Translations under genes and position numbers: made by a program
The notes under the pieces: model-generated
What the model was told of the DNA's origin: nothing
The model's database searches: none
The model's input: only the letters and a program-made list of their open reading frames with translations
IMG/VR virus record: IMGVR_UViG_3300045988_059775
DNA: 43,715 nt
From: a virus
Direction: 5' to 3' (one strand)
Shown: positions 23,009 through 29,400 of the stretch, one piece after another
Numbering within the stretch: position 1 is the stretch's first letter
How the letters are laid out: each line of letters begins with the position of its first letter

Positions 23009-23290
23009 TCACAGACCTTTGATTTGGTTGAGCAGAGCCGCACGCAGGGCATCGGTTTCAGCGTCCGCTTGTGGCTTGTTCGGGTCATCCGGGATATATT
23101 CCAGTATATCGCCGGGCTGACAATGAAGCACCTCACAAATTTTGTCAAGCGCCCCAACGGGAAACTGCTTGATAGTGCCAAGACAGATTGCTGATATGGT
23201 AGGCGGTCTAATCCCAGTAGCTTCAGCGAGTTCCTTTTGGGTCATGTTTGCGTCTGCGAGCAAGGCCTTTAAGTGATAGCTTATCGACAT
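23009..23290 (-). CDS. XRE-family HTH repressor of the head-module island
   Basis: MTQKELAEATGIRPPTISAICLG is HTH-like. GAGGTG RBS before ATG 23290. Divergent from an operator-covered promoter. Confidence 0.8.
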   Translation of the reverse strand: MSISYHLKALLADANMTQKELAEATGIRPPTISAICLGTIKQFPVGALDKICEVLHCQPGDILEYIPDDPNKPQADAETDALRAALLNQIKGL

Positions 23291-23322
23291 TTCTAACACC
23301 TCTTTTCCTACATCTATAATAC

Positions 23323-23410
23323 TACGCCATCCGTTAATAGTCAATACGCAAAACGTAAAAAATATTTTTGAAAATTACGGAAAACGTATTGACGAATTAC
23401 GCAAGTCGTA
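23323..23410. promoter_or_regulatory. Operator array: TACG-N5-CGTA palindromes (three strong, one degenerate)
   Basis: tacgcaaaacgta at 23345-57, tacggaaaacgta at 23376-88, tacgcaagtcgta at 23398-410, and degenerate tacgccatccgtt at 23323-35. Start-to-start spacing is 22, 31 and 22 bp. Confidence 0.65.
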
Positions 23411-23417
23411 GTATAAT
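23389..23417 (+). promoter_or_regulatory. Consensus sigma-70-type promoter overlapped by two operators
   Basis: TTGACG (23389-94), 17-nt spacer, TATAAT (23412-17). One operator abuts the -35 and another fills the spacer. Confidence 0.7.
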
Positions 23418-23475
23418 AGATGCATGGAAAGGAGGTCAGAGGTGCAAGGGAGCAAATACCGGGAGGTGATGCTCC

Positions 23476-23574
23476 GTGACTAGCAAGGAGTTTGCAAAGC
23501 TCACCAGAGCCGAGCAGTTGGCACGGTTTGACGCATATAAAAAAGCGGCCAGCGCTGGAACGCTGAACCGCTAA
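23476..23574 (+). CDS. Small ORF (32 aa) downstream of the regulated promoter
   Basis: GGGAGG lies 9 nt before the GTG. VTSKEFAKLTRAEQLARFDAYKKAASAGTLNR. Below the track cutoff. Confidence 0.25.
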   Translation: MTSKEFAKLTRAEQLARFDAYKKAASAGTLNR

Positions 23575-23665
23575 GACACAAGAAAGCAACCAGTCAAGAA
23601 GCCCCTTGCACATCCATTTTATTTTTTTATAAGCGATTTGTCAAGTAAAATGTGAGGTTTTAGCA

Positions 23666-23953
23666 ATGGAAACACCAAAAATCACGAAAGTGGAGCTTGA
23701 ACTGGATGCTGTTTCTGGTGAACTCCGAGTAATGCACGACCTGTTGAACATCTTTGCCAACTGGTTTGAGGAAACGCACAAGACCGATATGATCAAGCGG
23801 GAGCGCACCAGCGAGCTTGTGAGCCAGATTTGGAGAGAAGCCCCGATGTACAACTCCATGCTGACGGCCCTGTTTGCATCCCTTACCGGTCTGGAAAAGG
23901 AAGTAGACGAAGTACTTAACTATCAAATTGCAGAACAAGAGGTAAACGCATGA
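23666..23953 (+). CDS. Hypothetical protein (95 aa)
   Basis: GTGAGG RBS. Helical sequence. ATGA overlap with the next gene. Confidence 0.6.
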   Translation: METPKITKVELELDAVSGELRVMHDLLNIFANWFEETHKTDMIKRERTSELVSQIWREAPMYNSMLTALFASLTGLEKEVDEVLNYQIAEQEVNA

Positions 23954-24273
23954 GTAACATCCAGATTTTCAACTATCAGTCCAACGAAGTCCGCACCGTA
24001 GAGATGGGCGGCGAACCGTGGTTTGTCCTCAAGGACGTGTGCACAGTGCTGGGCATTTCCCACATCACGGACACCGCCAAGCGCATGGATGAGGATGAGG
24101 TCGGTCAGACCGAGGTCATCGACAGCATGGGTCGCAAGCAGTCCACCTACATCATCAATGAGAGCGGCCTGTTCGAGGTCAAGGAAGCCAAGAACGACAA
24201 GACCCAGTGGAGTGGCGTACAGACGCTTATCACTCCCAAAGGCCGAGAGACGTTCCGGCTGCTGTACCTGTAA
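23950..24273 (+). CDS. Short BRO-N domain protein (antirepressor-like; paralog of the N-terminus of 6486-7259)
   Basis: MSNIQIFNYQSNEVRTVEMGGEPWFVLKDVCTVLGI ... YIINESGLFEV parallels MANIQIFTSPEFGDIRTVDQNGEPWFVGKDVAAALGY ... VIINESGLYSL. Confidence 0.8.
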   Translation: MSNIQIFNYQSNEVRTVEMGGEPWFVLKDVCTVLGISHITDTAKRMDEDEVGQTEVIDSMGRKQSTYIINESGLFEVKEAKNDKTQWSGVQTLITPKGRETFRLLYL

Positions 24274-24285
24274 CTGAATAACCGA

Positions 24286-24315
24286 CCCTGCCCCACACCG
24301 GGGCGGGGTTTTGTT
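24286..24315 (+). terminator. Intrinsic terminator after the BRO-N gene
   Basis: Stem ccctgcccc/ggggcgggg (9 bp including one G-U), 5-nt loop, then ttttgtt. Confidence 0.75.
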
Positions 24316-24331
24316 ATACATGGAGTAAACC

Positions 24332-24784
24332 ATGAACTTTAACTACGACATCAAATTCACCGACAACGCCCCGCAGCTGCATGAAGCGCTGGACTCGTGG
24401 GCGGAGCGGGTGCTGACCATCTGGGGCATGAAGGTGCAGGACTACGCCCAGCTTCTTGTTCCTACTGGAACGGCAGACAGCACGGGCATAGAGGGCTATG
24501 TGGGCGGTGCGCTCAAGCAAAGCCTGACCTTTGCCCTCGACCTCGCAAAAAAGACCGTGACCATCGGCAGCAACCTGTTTTACAGCGTCTATGTGGAGCT
24601 TGGCACGGGCATCTTTGCCGAGAAGGGCAACGGACGCAAAACGCCGTGGGTCTGGAAGGACTTCAACGGCAAATGGCACTTTACCCGGGGCATGGCGCCC
24701 CGCCCGTTCCTCCGCCCGGCGGTGGAGGAGCACATCGAAGAGCTGCGAGAAATCGCGGTGGAAGAAGGAAACAAGGAGGCTTAA
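24332..24784 (+). CDS. HK97 gp10-family head-tail component
   Basis: FYSVYVELGTGIFAEKG ... GMAPRPFLRPAVEE resembles the HK97 gp10-family signature. Confidence 0.75.
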   Translation: MNFNYDIKFTDNAPQLHEALDSWAERVLTIWGMKVQDYAQLLVPTGTADSTGIEGYVGGALKQSLTFALDLAKKTVTIGSNLFYSVYVELGTGIFAEKGNGRKTPWVWKDFNGKWHFTRGMAPRPFLRPAVEEHIEELREIAVEEGNKEA

Positions 24785-24786
24785 AC

Positions 24787-25005
24787 ATGAGCATTTACGA
24801 CTATGACGATGAAGAAACCTATAAAGTTGCCATAAAAGTGGATAAGGTCCTTAGAGAAAACCTTTCAAAGGAAGAATTGGAAATTGTGAGTGCATATCTT
24901 CTTACAATGAACAAATTTGCGGAGATTGCAGCCGCAAAAGAAGAAAAGTTTGCAAAAGAAGCATTGGACGAGCTTTTTGAAAAGGTGGATAAAAAACATG
25001 GATAA
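24787..25005 (+). CDS. Acidic hypothetical protein (72 aa), low-GC
   Basis: ATG 24787 follows AAGGAGG. Glu/Lys-rich helical sequence. Confidence 0.55.
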   Translation: MSIYDYDDEETYKVAIKVDKVLRENLSKEELEIVSAYLLTMNKFAEIAAAKEEKFAKEALDELFEKVDKKHG

Positions 25006-25246
25006 CATTGTTTACACCGCTATGGTTGAAGGATGTACGTTTGAAGACCTCAAAAAACTTCAAGAAATGTTTGAACAAAATAGCGACCCACGCGTTGACC
25101 TTTCTCCATATTACCTGCAGGAGACAAAAGAACGGATTCTTTTTGTTGAAATGCAGAAAGCAAGAGAACATCTTCAGGAACTCTGCGATAATGCATACGG
25201 AAAAGGAACACGCGTTATCATGGTATCCGCTCAAAAGGCAATTTAA
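24998..25246 (+). CDS. Hypothetical protein (82 aa), low-GC
   Basis: ATG 24998 within track ORF 24917-25246. Overlaps the previous gene. Confidence 0.55.
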   Translation: MDNIVYTAMVEGCTFEDLKKLQEMFEQNSDPRVDLSPYYLQETKERILFVEMQKAREHLQELCDNAYGKGTRVIMVSAQKAI

Positions 25247-25251
25247 TATTC

Positions 25252-25284
25252 AGCGGTTGGCGCACAGCGTCGGCCGCTTTTTTA
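25252..25284 (+). terminator. Intrinsic terminator
   Basis: Stem agcggttg/cggccgct (8 bp including two G-U) followed by tttttta. Confidence 0.55.
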
Positions 25285-25285
25285 T

Positions 25286-25362
25286 GCCGCTTTAGCTCAG
25301 TCTGGCAGAGCACCGGACTTTTAATCCGGGGGCCGTGGGTTCAAGCCCCACAAGCGGCACCA
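25286..25362 (+). tRNA. tRNA-Lys(UUU)
   Basis: Perfect cloverleaf. Acceptor gccgctt/aagcggc. D arm gctc-agtctggca-gagc. Anticodon arm ccgga-cttttaa-tccgg. Variable loop gggcc. T arm gtggg-ttcaagc-cccac. Discriminator a, with CCA encoded. Confidence 0.93.
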
Positions 25363-25437
25363 CACCGGCAGCACGTCCGGCAAATAAACCTTATTGCCAA
25401 GCATGGCAGCCCGAGCAAGGGCGGAAAGGACTATCAC

Positions 25438-26025
25438 ATGGCACTCAAAAGAGCTGACATCCGCACGATTCTGGAGAACCCCGAAACCTCCAACGATGAC
25501 AAGGCCAAGGCCATTCTGGACGCCCTGCACAAGGAGACAGACGAGCTCAAGGACCAGCTGGATGCAGAAAAAACAGCCCGCACACAGGCCGAGAAAGAGC
25601 GGGACGAGGCCAACGGCGGCAAGCAGGCCGCTGAAAAGGCGCTGACCGACTACAAGGCCCAGCAGACCCAGAAGGACACCCGGGCCACAAAAGCAGCGGC
25701 GTACAAGCAGCTGCTGAAGGACAATGGCGTGCTGGAAAAGCACTTTGACCGCGTTGTAAAAATGACCGGCGCGGACATTGATGCTTTGGAGCTGGACGAG
25801 AACGGCAAGGTCAAGGACGCAAAGAAGTTCATGGACAGCCAGAAAGACGTATGGGGCGACTTTGTGGCTACAACCACGACCACCGGCGCAAAGGTGGACA
25901 CCCCGCCCACCAACACCGGCTCCAAAATGACCAAAGACCAAATTTTTGCAATCAAGGACGCTGGCGAACGCCAGGCCGCGATTGCCGCAAATGCCGACCT
26001 TTTCACGGGCGGCGGAAAGGACTAA
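25438..26025 (+). CDS. Scaffolding protein
   Basis: Highly charged coiled-coil 195-aa ORF immediately upstream of the capsid gene. Confidence 0.8.
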   Translation: MALKRADIRTILENPETSNDDKAKAILDALHKETDELKDQLDAEKTARTQAEKERDEANGGKQAAEKALTDYKAQQTQKDTRATKAAAYKQLLKDNGVLEKHFDRVVKMTGADIDALELDENGKVKDAKKFMDSQKDVWGDFVATTTTTGAKVDTPPTNTGSKMTKDQIFAIKDAGERQAAIAANADLFTGGGKD

Positions 26026-26028
26026 CAC

Positions 26029-26928
26029 ATGGCAGCAAAAGAAAACCTTATCGTAACTACCGACATTACCGTCAACCCCCGAGAAATCGACTTCGTCACC
26101 CGCTTCCAGCGCAATTGGCAGCATTTGCGCGACATCATGGGCATCATGCGCCCCATTCGGATGCAGCCCGGCACTACCCTCAAGAGCAAGTACGCCGAGG
26201 GTACGCTTCAGAGCGGCACTGTTGCTGAGGGCGAGGAGATCCCCTATAGCAAGTTCACCGTCAAAGAAAAGGCCTATGCTGACATTACTGTCGAAAAGTT
26301 CGCAAAAGCCGTCTCTCTGGAAGCCATCAAGAAGTACGGCTACGATGTCGCCGTTCAGAAGACCGATGACGAGTTCCTGTACCAGCTGACCGCGAACGTC
26401 ACCGACCGCTTCTATAAGTACCTGAACACCGGCACCCTGAAAGGCACCCCCAAGACCTTCCAGATGGCTCTGGCGATGGCAAAGGGCAGCGTTGAGGACA
26501 AGTTCAAGAACATGCACCGCACCGTCACCGGCGTCGTTGGCTTCGCCAACATTCTTGATGTGTACGAGTACCTGGGCGCGGCCAACATCACCGTACAGAA
26601 CCAGTTCGGATTCCAGTACATCAAGGACTTCATGGGCTACAACACCATCTTCCTGCTTTCCAGCGGCGAAATCGCGCGTGGAAAGGTCATCGCAACCCCG
26701 GTGGACAACATCGTCCTGTACTATGTTGACCCCGCCGACAGCGACTTTTCCAAGGCCGGACTGGTCTACACCACTGCGGGCGAGGCAAGCAATCTCATCG
26801 GCTTCCACACTCAGGGCAACTACCACACCGCAGTCTCTGAGAGCTTCGCCGTCATGGGCATGACCCTGTTCGCTGAGTATCTGGACGGCATCTCTGTCCA
26901 GACCATTACCCCGGGTGAATCGGTCTGA
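26029..26928 (+). CDS. Major capsid protein
   Basis: 299-aa ORF after the scaffold. Strong codon bias. Position is typical of SPP1-like head modules. Confidence 0.88.
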   Translation: MAAKENLIVTTDITVNPREIDFVTRFQRNWQHLRDIMGIMRPIRMQPGTTLKSKYAEGTLQSGTVAEGEEIPYSKFTVKEKAYADITVEKFAKAVSLEAIKKYGYDVAVQKTDDEFLYQLTANVTDRFYKYLNTGTLKGTPKTFQMALAMAKGSVEDKFKNMHRTVTGVVGFANILDVYEYLGAANITVQNQFGFQYIKDFMGYNTIFLLSSGEIARGKVIATPVDNIVLYYVDPADSDFSKAGLVYTTAGEASNLIGFHTQGNYHTAVSESFAVMGMTLFAEYLDGISVQTITPGESV

Positions 26929-26949
26929 CCTGCAAGGGGGTGACTTTGC

Positions 26950-27360
26950 ATGACCGTCCCTGAGCTGTGCGCACTGACGCACAATTTCTTTGACCGGGCA
27001 GACGACCCCATTGCCGGGGAGTTTGTCTTTGAGCCGGATACCGTTCCCGCCGGGGTAGTCCCGGGGCAGTATTTCCTCGTGTGCGGCTCTATCTTCAATG
27101 ATGGCGTACACAAAGCCGGGGACGGTGATTTGGTAGCAGAGACTTTTAACGGCACGGTGCAGCCTATGCGTGTGCCGCCCGCTTTTGCGGCACTGGCCCA
27201 GAAAATCGACGCATACGACAAGGCGATGCCATCCGGCGGCGTGTATGTGTCCCAGTCCTTTGCCGGGTGGTCTGGCACGATGGCTACAGGCACGGACGGC
27301 CTGCCCGCCGACGGCAAAACCCGCTATAAATCCGAGATCAATCAGTGGAGGAAGATGTGA
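26950..27360 (+). CDS. Head-tail connector/adaptor protein (by position)
   Basis: 136-aa ORF directly after the capsid gene with an AAGGGGGTG RBS. Confidence 0.6.
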   Translation: MTVPELCALTHNFFDRADDPIAGEFVFEPDTVPAGVVPGQYFLVCGSIFNDGVHKAGDGDLVAETFNGTVQPMRVPPAFAALAQKIDAYDKAMPSGGVYVSQSFAGWSGTMATGTDGLPADGKTRYKSEINQWRKM

Positions 27361-27361
27361 C

Positions 27362-27730
27362 ATGGTCAACGCGTTCACTGCATCCACCGTGATGCAGAGC
27401 TTCACGAAAAAATACCGTTTTCAGACCCGCAGCTATGAGCCGGACGGCGTCGGCGGCTTTGTGTCTGGCTGGACGGACGGCCCGGAATTTGAGGCTGTAG
27501 AGCGCCACGATACCACCGTGGAGGCTCAGGTTGCAGAGCAGGCGGCTACAGCGTCCACCTATACGCTGCTGGTCAACACCGGTGTGCCTCTGGCTTTCCC
27601 GGACTACATCAAGCGGGTGAGCGACGGGCAGACCTTTCAGGTGACGAGTGCAGCCGATGAGGGCGGCGCTCCGAAAGAATCCGGCATGGGCCTGCGGGCC
27701 GTGAAGTGCAAAAAGGCGGTGCTGCCGTAA
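27362..27730 (+). CDS. Head closure protein (by position and size)
   Basis: ATG 27362 lies 1 nt after the previous stop. About 120 aa, with the YEPDGVGGFVSGW pattern seen in head-tail adaptors. Confidence 0.6.
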   Translation: MVNAFTASTVMQSFTKKYRFQTRSYEPDGVGGFVSGWTDGPEFEAVERHDTTVEAQVAEQAATASTYTLLVNTGVPLAFPDYIKRVSDGQTFQVTSAADEGGAPKESGMGLRAVKCKKAVLP

Positions 27731-28107
27731 TGGGGCCGTCTGAGAGCATCAACCGGGCGCTGAACGCTTTTTTCAACGGCTTTGGCATCCCGGGCTACCT
27801 GGAAGATAACATCCCTCCCGGCGCAGAACTGCCGTATCTGACCTATCAGCCGACAATTCCTGGCGGCTGGAATGAGTCCGGCACCTTCCACGCCCGGCTT
27901 TGGTACCCGAGTGCCAAAGGCCGGACGCCTATTTTACAAACTGAAGACAAGATAAGCGCAGCCCTTGCAGATGGCCTGACCATCGAATGCGGGGACGGCG
28001 CTATTCTTTTGCGCAAAGGCAGCCCGTGGGCGCAGCCGCTCGACAACCCGCCCGAGGGCTATCTGTGCGAATACCTCAATTTTGAGCTTACACGGCTTGT
28101 CCCGTGA
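27730..28107 (+). CDS. Tail completion / tail terminator protein (by position)
   Basis: TAATG overlap start at 27730. 125 aa, upstream of the major tail gene. Confidence 0.55.
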   Translation: MGPSESINRALNAFFNGFGIPGYLEDNIPPGAELPYLTYQPTIPGGWNESGTFHARLWYPSAKGRTPILQTEDKISAALADGLTIECGDGAILLRKGSPWAQPLDNPPEGYLCEYLNFELTRLVP

Positions 28108-28120
28108 GAAAGGATTCTTT

Positions 28121-28717
28121 ATGCCTGAAACTCTGGCAAAAAAGTTCGCGGTCAATGTGCTGACCCCGGATGCGTTCAAGAGCATCCCGAAAGGCTCTGG
28201 CAATCTGCTTTCCACATTCGACCTTTCCACCCCCAAAATCGACAGCACCAATGTCGTATGCGCCACGCAGGGCGGCGTGACCATCTCCTACAGCAACAGC
28301 ATGGAGGATACGCTGGCCGACATCGACAACGCGCCCACCAACACCAAGCAGGGCAATGAGGTCACCGGAACCACCGCCACCATCGCCTTTACTACTCCCA
28401 ACGCAAGCCCCGACGTGCTCAAGCTGGCTATCGGCACGGCCGACATCGACGCGGACGACCCCACCCATGTGGTCCCCCGCATCGAGGCGGCTCTGAAGGA
28501 CTACAGGGAGCTGTACTGGGTTGGCCCTATGATCGGCGGCGGCTTTCTGGTTTGCAAAATTTTCAACGCCCTTTCTTCCGGCGGCCTGAGCCTCAAGACG
28601 GCTCACCGGGGCGGCGGCTCCATGCAGATCACTCTCACCGGCTACGCTGACCTGGAAAACCCCACTCGGGCCCCCATGGAATTTTACTCGATCGTCAAGG
28701 CCCCGACCGGGGACTAA
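28121..28717 (+). CDS. Major tail protein
   Basis: 198-aa ORF immediately upstream of the G/GT chaperone pair. Confidence 0.75.
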   Translation: MPETLAKKFAVNVLTPDAFKSIPKGSGNLLSTFDLSTPKIDSTNVVCATQGGVTISYSNSMEDTLADIDNAPTNTKQGNEVTGTTATIAFTTPNASPDVLKLAIGTADIDADDPTHVVPRIEAALKDYRELYWVGPMIGGGFLVCKIFNALSSGGLSLKTAHRGGGSMQITLTGYADLENPTRAPMEFYSIVKAPTGD

Positions 28718-28726
28718 GGAGGACAT

Positions 28727-29092
28727 ATGCGCAACATCATCGATCTCGACGGCACCGAATACCTCAAGCGCACCTATGAGTGCGCACAGGCTTACAAAAA
28801 GTATGTGGCAGACTCCGGCGTGATGGACATTCTGGGCCGCGAGCCGGAGCTGACTGGCACGGAGACGGACGCAGAGCGGCTGGAAAAGCGCCAGGCGCAG
28901 GCGGCCAAGAACGCTGTGGACATGACCAAGCTGCTTTACACGGACAAGGCGGACCTTACCCTCGGTATCCTGCCCCTGTTCGTGGTGCTGGACAAGGGCG
29001 AGGAGCAGCCGCCCACCCGGGTGCTGGCCTCTGCCATGAGCCGGGCGCTCCGGGACGTGGATTTCATGGATTTTTTTCAGTCCTTGATGTGA
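28727..29092 (+). CDS. Tail assembly chaperone (gpG-like)
   Basis: 121-aa acidic ORF between the major tail and tape measure genes. Contains a slippery site near its end. Confidence 0.8.
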   Translation: MRNIIDLDGTEYLKRTYECAQAYKKYVADSGVMDILGREPELTGTETDAERLEKRQAQAAKNAVDMTKLLYTDKADLTLGILPLFVVLDKGEEQPPTRVLASAMSRALRDVDFMDFFQSLM

Positions 29093-29400
29093 TCGGCGCG
29101 GACGGCTACCGGCGGCTGGCATCCACCATCCGGCTGGATATGCTCCGGCTGCTGGGCAAGCCGTACATCATGGAGCATATCCGCGCCGAGGTGCGCAGGC
29201 ATCAGGAGGCACAGCTTTTCCGGGACTATGTGGCCGACGCCATCGGGCAGTATCTCGGCATCCAGCCCCTTTACTCCGGGCTTGCAGCCCGGCATTTCCC
29301 CCTGCTGCACACAAAAGAAGACACCCGCACGGCGGAGCAGATCACCGCCGACAATGCAAAAGCTCTGGCAGAGCTGTGCGGAGGAGGTGAAACGCCCTGA
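28727..29400 (+). CDS. Tail assembly chaperone frameshift product (gpGT-like), made by a -1 shift at 29071-29077
   Basis: The -1 frame is open from the slippery site to 29400 (FFSVLDVIGADGYRRL...). Confidence 0.7.
29071..29077 (+). promoter_or_regulatory. Programmed -1 ribosomal frameshift heptamer U UUU UUU
   Basis: The zero frame reads ga[t ttt ttt] cag. Seven consecutive T residues lie 15 nt before the gpG stop. Confidence 0.7.

Noticed and set aside
25321-27405. A 694-aa minus-strand ORF across the scaffold/capsid region, and similar long antisense ORFs at 28088-29122, 30813-32318, 32137-33561, 21943-22770 and 37718-38536.
   Set aside because: Stop-poor antisense frames are typical of GC-rich coding DNA. 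Their translations are Gly/Ala/Val/His-rich and low in complexity, they lack RBSs, and each is fully overlapped by a well-supported plus-strand structural gene.
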